Assembly: GCA_964562355.1 (NCBI GenBank)
Contig: CAZLTH010000001.1
Span: forward strand, 1 to 36,747
DNA length: 36,747 nt
From: an uncultured Syntrophomonadaceae bacterium
GTDB taxonomy: Bacteria > Bacillota > Dethiobacteria > PWVN01
Direction of reading: 5' to 3'
The translations under genes and the position numbers were made by a program. The notes beneath the pieces were generated by a model, which saw only the letters and a program-made list of their open reading frames with translations, ran no database searches and was not told where the DNA came from. Numbering within the stretch: the stretch's first letter is position 1; every line of letters begins with the position of its first letter. This document shows positions 10,856-19,250 of the stretch, piece by piece.

Positions 10856-10881
10856 AAAGAGTGGGGCAATGCCCACTCTTT
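10856..10881 (-). terminator. leader hairpin (candidate attenuator) between the promoter and rimP
   Basis: Minus strand reads AAAGAGTGGG-cattgc-CCCACTCTTT followed by AATCTT (poor U-tract). It lies downstream of the candidate promoter at 10912-10940 and 33 nt before the rimP start. Confidence 0.45.
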
Positions 10882-10911
10882 ACAAAAATAAACGCTTTTT
10901 CCATTGATCAT

Positions 10912-10940
10912 ATTGTAACACAGAAAAAGAGCTAACGCAA
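10912..10940 (-). promoter_or_regulatory. candidate sigma-A promoter of the rimP-nusA-infB operon
   Basis: Minus strand reads TTGCGT-17 nt-TACAAT, with TG one nt upstream of the -10. Confidence 0.5.
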
Positions 10941-10945
10941 GCTTG

Positions 10946-11587
10946 CTATTTCAATTGCTCAGCTCTGGTAAAGTACCTGATAATCTCCCAATACATTTTT
11001 ATCCTGGCAGCAAGCCCTTTAATAATACCTAATTTTTCCTCTTTCATAACATGAGACATATCTGGTAACATTATTTTTTTAACTTCGTTCTTTTGAGATT
11101 TAATATGCTTCGTTAAAGCAATTTCTACCCCAAAACGAGCTATCTCCATATCGGGAATTTTTTCGAGGACAGTCCTACGAATTGCTCGTTGACCCGACAA
11201 ATAAGGAGCTACTTTTTGTGCTAGATCTGTTGTCAGGCGTCCTTTTTTAAATATGCCAACAGTCATAACCGTACTCCCTTCCATAACAGGAAGAAGAAGA
11301 GAAAAAACATGCTCAGAGACTAAGCCGATTAAATCAGCATCCAAAAATAAAATTATATCAGCTTCTGTAGAATCCAAACCTACTTTCATAGCTGCCCCTT
11401 TCCCTCTGTTTTCCGGTAGCTCTATGACAGTGACACCATATCTTAAAGAGACTTCCGCTGTTTTATCTGTTGAGCCATCACTAACAACTATTACTGTATC
11501 AATTATATTTACTCTTTTTAAAACTTTTATAATAGCTCCTATTGTCTTTGCCTCATTAAAAGCAGGGATAATTGCTGCTATTTTCAT
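10946..11587 (-). CDS. GT-A fold glycosyltransferase (family 2 / GpgS-like)
   Basis: IIPAFNEAKTIG, VVSDGSTDKT, DADL (DxD) and a C-terminal GQRAIRR...FGVEIALT block are present. AGGTGG SD. Confidence 0.8.
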   Translation of the reverse strand: MKIAAIIPAFNEAKTIGAIIKVLKRVNIIDTVIVVSDGSTDKTAEVSLRYGVTVIELPENRGKGAAMKVGLDSTEADIILFLDADLIGLVSEHVFSLLLPVMEGSTVMTVGIFKKGRLTTDLAQKVAPYLSGQRAIRRTVLEKIPDMEIARFGVEIALTKHIKSQKNEVKKIMLPDMSHVMKEEKLGIIKGLAARIKMYWEIIRYFTRAEQLK

Positions 11588-11598
11588 ACTTATACCAC

Positions 11599-12666
11599 CT
11601 ATTCCCAGTTTATTGATTCCTTGATAGTCTTTATTAGCGTATCTACCAAGTATTTCTCAGAGACTTTTTTAATAACTTGACCTTTTCTAAAAACCAAACC
11701 TTCTCCCTGACCGCCAGCCACACCAAAGTCAGCTTGGCGAGCTTCACCAGGGCCATTAACAGCACATCCCATTACGGCAATCTTTATAGGCTCCTTTAGA
11801 GTTGCCACCTTCTCTTCTACTAATTGCACAAGGGGAATCAAATCAATATTGCACCTTCCACAAGTAGGACATGATATAATTTCCGGACCAAATTTTCTGA
11901 CTCCAGTTGCCTGTAAAATCTCTTTGGCAACCTTTACTTCTTCCAGCGGGTTAGCAGTTAATGATACCCGTAAAGTATCACCGATGCCTTCCAGCAAAAG
12001 ATACCCCAGCCCAATTGCAGATTTCACCGTTCCTCTCAAGTAAGTACCGGCTTCTGTTACACCGATATGTAAAGGATACTTTGTTTTGCTAGCTATGAGT
12101 CTATAAGCCTCTATAGTAGTTTTTACATCGGCAGACTTAAGAGAAAGTATAACATTTTTAAAAGAAACTTTTTGTATGATAGCAATATATTTAAGCGTTT
12201 GCTCTACCATGGCTGTAGCACTGGGAAAACCCCATTTTTTTAGGATCTCTTTCTCCAGCGATCCTGCATTAACTCCCAATCGTAACGGTATGTTTCTTTG
12301 GTTTGCCTTGGCTACTATTTTAGAAAAATTTTCAAGACCGCCTATATTACCTGGATTTATACGTAACAAATCGATAGGTTTGTCCAACGATTGCAGAGCC
12401 AGTGAAGAGTCAAAGTGAATATCAGCAACTAAAGGAACACTAATCTTTTCCTTTATAGATGCTAGGGCATGCACGGAGGCAAGGTCTGGTACAGCTACCC
12501 TTATTACCTCTACGCCCGCTTTTTCCAAAGTATGAATCTGCGTTACTGTAGCTGTAACATCTTTTGTGCGAGTAGTAGTCATAGATTGAATACTCACAGG
12601 ACTATCTCCCCCGAAAATAAGGCTACCTACCTTAACCGGGTGCGTAAAATTTCTTTTGGACAGCAC
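11599..12666 (-). CDS. ispG: 4-hydroxy-3-methylbut-2-en-1-yl diphosphate synthase (flavodoxin)
   Basis: VSIQSMTTT, RVAVPD and the C-terminal CPTCGRC ... MGCAVNGPGE Fe-S motifs are present. GTG start. Confidence 0.95.
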   Translation of the reverse strand: MLSKRNFTHPVKVGSLIFGGDSPVSIQSMTTTRTKDVTATVTQIHTLEKAGVEVIRVAVPDLASVHALASIKEKISVPLVADIHFDSSLALQSLDKPIDLLRINPGNIGGLENFSKIVAKANQRNIPLRLGVNAGSLEKEILKKWGFPSATAMVEQTLKYIAIIQKVSFKNVILSLKSADVKTTIEAYRLIASKTKYPLHIGVTEAGTYLRGTVKSAIGLGYLLLEGIGDTLRVSLTANPLEEVKVAKEILQATGVRKFGPEIISCPTCGRCNIDLIPLVQLVEEKVATLKEPIKIAVMGCAVNGPGEARQADFGVAGGQGEGLVFRKGQVIKKVSEKYLVDTLIKTIKESINWE

Positions 12667-12683
12667 TTCACCACTTACCTTCT

Positions 12684-13703
12684 TTAAAATAAAAGTCTGA
12701 TTATATCTTTGTAAGTAATAGCAATCATTAATAAAATTAAGAGAGAAAAACCTATAAAATGTATGAAATTTTCCTTCTTGGGATCAATAGGGCGTTTTCT
12801 GATGGCTTCAATAATTAAAAATATTAATCTGCTGCCATCTAAAGCCGGAATAGGTAACAAATTAAGTAACCCTAGGTTGATACTTAATACAGCTGCCAGA
12901 GAAAGAAGGTTAACAATACCTGTTTGTGCTACTTCCCCTACAATACTAACAATACCCACGGGTCCAGCAAGATTGGCTGGGATCTCTCCCGTAAACATTT
13001 TTACTAGACTATCTAAAATAAAAGCAATAAACATCAGGGTATTTCTAGCTCCTAGGTGTAAAGAAGGCAATAAGCGAAATCTGACAGTTTCAGGTCCTAT
13101 ACCGATAAGACCATGACCTGTTCGATAATCCTTTTCAGGTAATAGGGAAAAGCTTAATACTTCTTTATTTCTTTCAATAACTATGCTGATTTCTTTTTCA
13201 GGATGTGCATTTATTTCTCTGACTACTTGCTCCCAAGTTTCTACAGGTTCTTGATTAATTGTCAAGATAGTATCTTTAACCTGCAACCCTACCTCTGCTG
13301 CTCTACCTTCTGGAAAAACCTGACCGATCTGCACTGGAAATGTTGTTACTCCTAGAAAAGCGAAATAAATTGTAAAAAATAATACTACTGCTAGGAGAAA
13401 GTTCATCAATGGTCCGGCAATTATCGTCAGAAAACGATTTTTGACAGATTGAGCCTGAAAGCTATCAGGCTCACCTGCTTCTTCCGGGTCTTCCCCTGTC
13501 ATGCGTACAAATCCTCCTAAAGGGAAAATACGCCAAGAATAGGTTGTTTCTTCATATTTCCAGGATATCACCTTAGGTCCGAAGCCCATAGCAAATTCTT
13601 TTACTTTTATACCCATTTTCTTGGCAACAAGAAAATGGCCTAGTTCATGAAAAAAAATAAGTAGCCCAAAGACAAAAACAGAAGCAACTATAGTAATACT
13701 CAA
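12684..13703 (-). CDS. rseP: RIP site-2 metalloprotease RseP/RasP
   Basis: HELGHF (HExxH), a central PDZ-like segment and the LNLLPIPALDG motif are present. TTG start 2 nt after the dxr stop. Confidence 0.9.
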   Translation of the reverse strand: MSITIVASVFVFGLLIFFHELGHFLVAKKMGIKVKEFAMGFGPKVISWKYEETTYSWRIFPLGGFVRMTGEDPEEAGEPDSFQAQSVKNRFLTIIAGPLMNFLLAVVLFFTIYFAFLGVTTFPVQIGQVFPEGRAAEVGLQVKDTILTINQEPVETWEQVVREINAHPEKEISIVIERNKEVLSFSLLPEKDYRTGHGLIGIGPETVRFRLLPSLHLGARNTLMFIAFILDSLVKMFTGEIPANLAGPVGIVSIVGEVAQTGIVNLLSLAAVLSINLGLLNLLPIPALDGSRLIFLIIEAIRKRPIDPKKENFIHFIGFSLLILLMIAITYKDIIRLLF

Positions 13704-13705
13704 AA

Positions 13706-14866
13706 CTATCGTCTCCTTTTTTCAATAACTTGTGCAGCTTCCCGACGAGCCCATTGATCCACAGCTAAAAGATCATCAATGCTAAAATCCTTCATTGAGC
13801 TGTGAACTGACATTACTTTTTCAATTACAGTAGATATGCCTAAAAAACTAATTTTACTGCGTAAAAAATATTCTACAGCAATTTCGTTGGCTGCATTTAA
13901 AACTGCCGGCATAGTTTCGCCAATTTTTCCTGCTGCATAGGCCAATGCCAAGCAAGGAAAATTTTCATTATCAGGCTCTTGAAATGTCAACCTTCCGATT
14001 TTAGCTAAGTGAAGTTTTTTTGCCGTTCCTGACCAGCGTTCCGGGTAAGATAAAGAATATTGTATAGGTAAATTCATATCCGGAAAACCCATCTGCGCTA
14101 GCTGAGAACCATCAATAAATTCAACAAAAGAGTGTATTATACTCTGAGGGTGAATTACAACATCAATATTATCATAACCAATATTAAAAAGCCAGCGAGC
14201 TTCAATAACTTCCAGTCCTTTATTCATAAGTGTTGCCGAGTCTATAGTGATTTTATTTCCCATTTTCCAGTTAGGGTGGTTTAAGGCTCTGGCAGGGGTG
14301 ATATTTTTCATTTCAGTATGATTACAACCTAAAAATGGCCCCCCAGAAGCTGTGAGAATCAACCTAGCTACAGCCTCTGTTTTATAGCCTTGTAAACATT
14401 GAAAGATAGCAGAGTGTTCACTGTCAACAGGAAGAATTGTAGCGCCATTTTCTTTAGCTAACCGGCAAACAATATTTCCACCTGCTACCAAAGTTTCTTT
14501 ATTGGCCAAAGCGATAGTTTTACCCTTTTTAATAGCTTCAATGGTAGGGAGAAAACCACTAAACCCTACTGTCGCCACTAGAAGAATCTGAAAATCCGGT
14601 TTTTGAGCAATCTCAACCAAAGATTCTGTGCCTCCATTAACAGTAACCTTTAAATCAGCAACTTTTTTTTTAAGAATCCAAGCTTTATCTGTATCATCTA
14701 CGGATACATAAAGCGGCTTGTATTTTCTGATTTGTTCTTCCAAGAGTTCTATATTAGTTTTTGCTGCCAAGCCAATAACCTTAAGTTCAGCAGGATAATT
14801 ATCCACGACCTGAAGAGCCTGCCTACCGATAGATCCAGTTGAGCCTATTATGAACAATTTCTTCAT
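13706..14866 (-). CDS. dxr: 1-deoxy-D-xylulose 5-phosphate reductoisomerase
   Basis: GSTGSIG N-terminus, LANKETLV, DSEHSAIFQC and NHPNWKMG motifs are present. Confidence 0.96.
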   Translation of the reverse strand: MKKLFIIGSTGSIGRQALQVVDNYPAELKVIGLAAKTNIELLEEQIRKYKPLYVSVDDTDKAWILKKKVADLKVTVNGGTESLVEIAQKPDFQILLVATVGFSGFLPTIEAIKKGKTIALANKETLVAGGNIVCRLAKENGATILPVDSEHSAIFQCLQGYKTEAVARLILTASGGPFLGCNHTEMKNITPARALNHPNWKMGNKITIDSATLMNKGLEVIEARWLFNIGYDNIDVVIHPQSIIHSFVEFIDGSQLAQMGFPDMNLPIQYSLSYPERWSGTAKKLHLAKIGRLTFQEPDNENFPCLALAYAAGKIGETMPAVLNAANEIAVEYFLRSKISFLGISTVIEKVMSVHSSMKDFSIDDLLAVDQWARREAAQVIEKRRR

Positions 14867-14884
14867 TTTTAACCCCTTCTTAAG

Positions 14885-14932
14885 ATAGGGGACGAAATAT
14901 CTCCGTTAAAGAGAGTGTGTGCCCCCCTCTAT
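14885..14932. repeat. degenerate copy of the GGTGGACAC...GTGTCCACC palindromic element
   Basis: The sequence is ATAGGGGACGAAATATCTCCGTTAAAGAGAGTGTGTGCCCCCCTCTAT. By eye it is ~70 percent like the canonical element around the ATCTCC-TTAAA-GAGA-TGTGT core. It lies 19 nt upstream of the dxr ATG. Confidence 0.35.
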
Positions 14933-15112
14933 TAGACAAAAAGTAACATTTGTCGATAAACGCACTACTAACGAAAATTTTTAATGAGATACAGTTTGCA
15001 GTTTTTCTAATGCGCTATATAATGCTGGCAACCAGCAACTGATCTTTAATTTCTAATCTCTGAATATTTTCTAACATTGCAAATTAATTACCTTTGAAGG
15101 TATAGTACAGTA

Positions 15113-15895
15113 TTAAAGTAGTAATAATAAGAAAATATAAAACAAGGGTGCAGCAAAAATAATACTATCAAATCTATCTAGGAACCCACCGTGACCGGGA
15201 ATAACTTTACCGGAATCTTTAACTTTAAAATGACGTTTCAAAGCAGAAATAAGCAAGTCTCCCAGCAAACCAGAAAGAGAAATCAGCAGTGATAATATAA
15301 ACAAAATGGGGAAGTCCAGTTTCATATGTCTCCCAAATAAGAGCAGTAGAACAAGAGTAAACAAGATACCACCTAAAGCGCCTTCAATAGTTTTTCCGGG
15401 ACTTATCTTGCGAGCAAGTTTTCTTTTACCAAAATTTGTACCAGCAAAAAAAGCTCCGGTATCGTTAGCCCAGATACCCACAAATAAAAAAACAGAGAAC
15501 AGGAGACCTTGTTCTAAGGCTCTTAATGGCAATAAAAAACTAAGGCAACCTACGATATAAAGAACTCCCCACAAAAAAGACATTATCTTCCACGGAGTAA
15601 AGTGTGGGAAAAAAAATACCAAAAATCCGCTATAAAAAAGTATTACTAAAATTAGCACTATACCAAAACTGGCAGGGAAATGATATTGTACTGTTAGTAA
15701 AAATAAAGCCGGTAAACAAGCTATTATTTTCTCTGAAATGAATGGTTGAGATCTGTCTAGCATCGTCAAGTACTCCCACAGGCTGATTAAAGCAATGCTA
15801 GCTATAAGTATAAAATAAACAAGCCCTCCACTATAAATAGCATACACAATCACGGGTATGCCTACCAGTGCCGCTATAATTCTATGTAGCAACAT
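15113..15895 (-). CDS. cdsA: phosphatidate cytidylyltransferase
   Basis: Polytopic membrane protein with the C-terminal signature SALKRHFKVKDSGKVIPGHGGFLDRFDS. Confidence 0.92.
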   Translation of the reverse strand: MLLHRIIAALVGIPVIVYAIYSGGLVYFILIASIALISLWEYLTMLDRSQPFISEKIIACLPALFLLTVQYHFPASFGIVLILVILFYSGFLVFFFPHFTPWKIMSFLWGVLYIVGCLSFLLPLRALEQGLLFSVFLFVGIWANDTGAFFAGTNFGKRKLARKISPGKTIEGALGGILFTLVLLLLFGRHMKLDFPILFILSLLISLSGLLGDLLISALKRHFKVKDSGKVIPGHGGFLDRFDSIIFAAPLFYIFLLLLL

Positions 15896-16020
15896 TTATT
15901 TGTATTCACCTCTATTTATAATTAAGGTTAAGAGAGGACGAGGTTAAGAGGTTAAAAGAGGCAGAAAAACCCCATGACCCCTTTTCGTCTCTTCGTCTCT
16001 TTATCTCTTTACCTTTTCGT
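15896..16020 (-). repeat. long imperfect inverted repeat with purine-rich / pyrimidine-rich arms filling the uppS-cdsA spacer
   Basis: The plus strand has an AG-rich arm (GGTTAAGAG twice) followed by a CT-rich arm (CGTCTCT twice) around a CCCCATGACCCC centre. The arms are roughly complementary once G:U pairs are allowed. Confidence 0.4.
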
Positions 16021-16821
16021 CTAAAGCCTAATACCCCCGAAACGCCGCTCCCTTTTTTGATATTCTAAGAGAGCTTTTAAAAATTCTTCTTTACTAAAAT
16101 CAGGCCACATAGTTTCAGCAAACCAAAATTCTGTATAAGCCAGTTGCCATAGCAAAAAATTACTTAATCTGAACTCACCACTAGGTCTGATAAGAAGATC
16201 GGGATCAGGCAGTCCTTTTGTGTATAAAAAATCAGCAAACATCTTTTCATTTATATCCCTAGGAGAAATAGTACCTGTAAGAATTTTTTCAGATATAATT
16301 TTAACTGCTCTTATAATCTCTGTTCTTCCACCATAGTTGAAAGCCAAGTTTAGAATAAGACCAGAACCATTTTTAGTTTTATCAACTGCTTCCAATATAG
16401 CAGCACGAGTATTCAGAGGCAAGCCTGTAAGTTCACCAAAAATCTGGAGCTTTATATTATTCCTTATTAATTTTTCCAGCTCAGTTTCCATAAATTTAAT
16501 TGGCATTTGCATCAAAAAATCAACTTCTGAGGCGGGTCTACGCCAGTTTTCTGTTGAAAAAGCGTAGAAAGTTAAAACTTTAAGATTAACTTCACCTGAC
16601 CACTTAACTACATTTCTCATAGTATCTATACCAGCATTATGGCCATAAATACGCCTAAAACCTTTTTTCTTTGCCCAACGACCGTTACCATCCATTATAA
16701 TAGCAACATGTAGAGGCACTTCTCCGGAAACGACCTGTGTTAGTAATTTTTTTGTGTTTGAAGTAGACCGTAATTTTTTAAATATTCCTCCAGATAAGTA
16801 AGTAGGCACCTGACAAGTCAT
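16021..16821 (-). CDS. uppS: isoprenyl transferase (undecaprenyl diphosphate synthase)
   Basis: HVAIIMDGNGRWAKKKG, FSTENWRRP and RTSGE-like (IRPSGEFRLSNFLLWQ) motifs are present. The exact start is uncertain because the SD is very close to the ATG. Confidence 0.95.
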   Translation of the reverse strand: MTCQVPTYLSGGIFKKLRSTSNTKKLLTQVVSGEVPLHVAIIMDGNGRWAKKKGFRRIYGHNAGIDTMRNVVKWSGEVNLKVLTFYAFSTENWRRPASEVDFLMQMPIKFMETELEKLIRNNIKLQIFGELTGLPLNTRAAILEAVDKTKNGSGLILNLAFNYGGRTEIIRAVKIISEKILTGTISPRDINEKMFADFLYTKGLPDPDLLIRPSGEFRLSNFLLWQLAYTEFWFAETMWPDFSKEEFLKALLEYQKRERRFGGIRL

Positions 16822-16838
16822 CTCCTTTACGTTAAACA

Positions 16839-16861
16839 GACCCCTTTTTATTCAAGGGGTC
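16839..16861 (-). terminator. hairpin between the mini-ORF and uppS (weak terminator or processing site)
   Basis: Minus strand reads GACCCCTT-gaataaa-AAGGGGTC followed by TGTTTAAC. Confidence 0.35.
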
Positions 16862-16877
16862 CTTTTAAATATTTAAG

Positions 16878-17102
16878 TTAAAGGGCGAATAGATTCTCTG
16901 CAGCTATAATTAATTCTATCAGGTCTTCTGTTATTATGTTTTGCCTGACAACCCGGTAGTTATTGGATAGATTCCTAGTGGTGGGGGGAGCTGTTTTTTT
17001 TACTGTTTTACGGTATCCTGATTTATCCAGAATTGAAACCGCTTCTTCTAGGGTTAATCCTAGGACATCCGGCATATCATTTAAAAAAGGTTTTAAAATC
17101 AT
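16878..17102 (-). CDS. small hypothetical protein with a PASTA-like fold signature
   Basis: 74 aa with an ATGA start/stop overlap with frr. MPDVLGLTLEEAVSILDKSGY ... YRVVRQN ... IELIIA resembles a single PASTA repeat. No signal peptide is apparent. Confidence 0.5.
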   Translation of the reverse strand: MILKPFLNDMPDVLGLTLEEAVSILDKSGYRKTVKKTAPPTTRNLSNNYRVVRQNIITEDLIELIIAAENLFAL

Positions 17103-17656
17103 GTTTTGAGGATGTCTATTTCTTTATCTTTTAATACGATATCTATCTCTTTGATATATCTATCGGTAATCTTTTGAACTTCATTTTGTGAGCGTCGGAC
17201 TTCGTCTTCGGAAATATCCTTAATTTTACCCATCTCTTTAAAGATATCATTGGCTTCTCTGCGAAAATTTCTGATAATAACACGAGTTTCCTCTGTTTTT
17301 TTTCTAACAACTTTCACCAATTCATGTCTTCTTTCCCGGGTAAGTTCAGGAATTGATAAACGAATAACAGAGCCATCATTATTAGGGGTCAACCCCAAAT
17401 CGGATCTAAGTAAAGCTTTTTCAACATCGGCAATTATTCCTTTATCCCATGGCTGCACTACCAAAAGCCTTGGTTCTGGGGCAGAAATATTAGCAAGTTG
17501 ATTTAGTGGTGTTGTAGTGCCATAATAATCTATATTGATTTTGTCTAGCAAGGATGGGGTTGCTCGACCAGCTCTAAGTGTTTTGAATTCTCGAATTAAA
17601 GCCTCTAAGGATTTCTGCATTTTTCCTGTAAAAGTTTTTAAAATATCTTCATTCAT
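17099..17656 (-). CDS. frr: ribosome recycling factor
   Basis: [17 protein letters not shown] and IPELTRERR motifs are present. I prefer the ATG at 17656 (ATGA overlap with the pyrH stop, AGGGGTG SD) over the GTG at 17665. Confidence 0.95.
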   Translation of the reverse strand: MNEDILKTFTGKMQKSLEALIREFKTLRAGRATPSLLDKINIDYYGTTTPLNQLANISAPEPRLLVVQPWDKGIIADVEKALLRSDLGLTPNNDGSVIRLSIPELTRERRHELVKVVRKKTEETRVIIRNFRREANDIFKEMGKIKDISEDEVRRSQNEVQKITDRYIKEIDIVLKDKEIDILKT

Positions 17657-18420
17657 TTCACACACCCCTTAACCAATGTTCCGATTTTTTCACCCATAAT
17701 AACTTTTTTGATATTTCCAGATTTGTTTAATCCGAAAACAATCAGAGGGATTTGGTTATCCATACACAAAGAAGCAGCTGTGGAGTCCATTACCCCTAAG
17801 TTTTTACTTAATAAATCCATGTGGTTCATTTCTGTGAATTTGTTAGCAGAAGGGTTCAATAAAGGATCTGCATCATATATAGCGTCTACCTTTCCTTTTG
17901 CCAGCAAGATTACTTCCGCCTCAATTTCTGCGGCTCGCAAGGCAGCAGTAGTATCAGTAGAAAAATAGGGGTTACCTGTACCCCCGGCAAATATCACCAC
18001 CCTATTTTTTTCAAGATGCCTGATAGCGCGGCGACGGATATAGGGTTCTGCAACCTGACGCATTTCTATGGCTGTTTGCACTCTAGTATCAACAGAAATG
18101 TTTTCAAGAGCATCCTGCATAGCCAGAGCATTAATAACCGTAGCCAACATGCCCATATAATCAGCAGTAGCTCTGTCCATGCCTTTTTTACTAGCAGGAG
18201 CTCCTCTCCATATGTTGCCACCACCAACCACCACAGCAATTTGAACTTTAAATCTAACTAATTCTCTTACTTGCTCAGCAATGGACTTTAATACTTCGGA
18301 ATCAACACCATAACCTTTTTCTCCCGCCAGGGCTTCTCCGCTAAGTTTCAAAACAACTCTCTTATACTTCGGCTCATCCATTAAAGTCCTGTTACCTCCA
18401 TTGTTAAGGTAGGAGGACAT
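17653..18420 (-). CDS. pyrH: UMP kinase
   Basis: [13 protein letters not shown] and [10 protein letters not shown] motifs are present. The start is ambiguous. The ATG at 18420 lies inside a palindromic-element copy with its SD only 2 nt away. The alternative ATG at 18381 ([10 protein letters not shown]) gives the usual length. Confidence 0.93.
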   Translation of the reverse strand: MSSYLNNGGNRTLMDEPKYKRVVLKLSGEALAGEKGYGVDSEVLKSIAEQVRELVRFKVQIAVVVGGGNIWRGAPASKKGMDRATADYMGMLATVINALAMQDALENISVDTRVQTAIEMRQVAEPYIRRRAIRHLEKNRVVIFAGGTGNPYFSTDTTAALRAAEIEAEVILLAKGKVDAIYDADPLLNPSANKFTEMNHMDLLSKNLGVMDSTAASLCMDNQIPLIVFGLNKSGNIKKVIMGEKIGTLVKGCVK

Positions 18421-18452
18421 ATCTCCTTTTAAGGGGAGGTCTGTACCCCTCC
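18403..18452. repeat. copy of the palindromic element overlapping the pyrH 5' end
   Basis: GGAGGACATATCTCCTTTTAAGGGGAGGTCTGTACCCCTCC compared with canonical GGTGGACACATCTCCCTTTAAAGGGAGATGTGTCCACC. The flank GTTAAGGTA mirrors the TACCTTAGC flank of the 30624 copy. Confidence 0.5.
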
Positions 18453-18496
18453 GTGTATTATTCTACGTGTTTCCGATATTTCCTTTTAAGTATTTT

Positions 18497-18526
18497 AAAA
18501 AAAGAACACTTAAGTGTTCTTTTTTT
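18497..18526 (-). terminator. bidirectional Rho-independent terminator after tsf
   Basis: AAAAAAAGAACAC-TTAA-GTGTTCTTTTTTT is a perfect palindrome with A7/T7 flanks. It lies 9 nt after the tsf stop. Confidence 0.8.
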
Positions 18527-18534
18527 AAAATATA

Positions 18535-19182
18535 TTACTTTTTAGTAACAGCCGCTACTTCTGCCGCTAGGTTGCAGTTTTTCTTTTCTAACCCATCACC
18601 CATTTCAAAACGAGTATAACGACGTATATTGATATTTTCTCCTATATGAGCAATCTTTTCAACTAAAATATCTTTTATTTTTTTATCTGGGTCTTTAACA
18701 AACTTTTGCTCCAGTAAACAATTTTCTTCCCAAAACTTTACCATTCTACCTGCAACGATTTTTTCTGCGATTTTTTCCGGCTTTCCCTCTTGAAGAGCTT
18801 GTTTTTTCAAAAAAGCTTCCTCTTTATCTATTACCTCTTGCGGAACATCGTCTTTAGACAAGTAAGCAGGATTAGTTGCAGCAATATGGAGACATATATC
18901 TCTCACCATAAATTTAAACTCTTTATTCTTAGCAACAAAATCTGTTTCACAATTAACTTCAACTAAAACACCAATTTTACCACCTAAGTGTATATAAGAG
19001 TCCACAATGCCTTCTGCAGCAACCCGACTTGCCTTTTTAGCTGCGGCGGCAAGACCCTTCTCCCGTAACAATTCTTTTGCTTTTTCTAGGTTGCCCTTTG
19101 TTTCTACTAGAGATTTTTTACAATCCATCATTCCTGCTCCAGTAGCTTGCCTTAACTCCTTAACCATGGAGGCATCTATCAT
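18535..19182 (-). CDS. tsf: elongation factor Ts
   Basis: [19 protein letters not shown] is the UBA-like N-terminus. 215 aa, with rpsB-tsf synteny. Confidence 0.96.
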   Translation of the reverse strand: MIDASMVKELRQATGAGMMDCKKSLVETKGNLEKAKELLREKGLAAAAKKASRVAAEGIVDSYIHLGGKIGVLVEVNCETDFVAKNKEFKFMVRDICLHIAATNPAYLSKDDVPQEVIDKEEAFLKKQALQEGKPEKIAEKIVAGRMVKFWEENCLLEQKFVKDPDKKIKDILVEKIAHIGENINIRRYTRFEMGDGLEKKNCNLAAEVAAVTKK

Positions 19183-19250
19183 GTACAGACTCCTTTCTTT
19201 GAATCCTTTAATTGAAAGAACTTTTACAAGCGTTTTCTTTGTGCTAACTC

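Noticed and set aside
14960-14985. AACGAAAATTTTTAAT in the cdsA-dxr spacer as a possible CodY box (AATTTTCWGAAAATT).
   Set aside because: Only the right half-site matches. The left half matches 2 of 6, which is indistinguishable from background in AT-rich DNA.
15023-15037. Small hairpin TGCTGG-ttg-CCAGCA (minus strand) after cdsA as a possible terminator.
   Set aside because: The stem has only 6 bp with a 3-nt loop and no real U-tract, which is too weak to call.
16815-16835. AAAGGAGATGAC at the uppS start, which resembles the AAAGGGAGATGTG core of the palindromic element.
   Set aside because: No matching arms (GTGTCCACC / GGTGGACAC) lie on either side. It is simply an SD plus a start codon.
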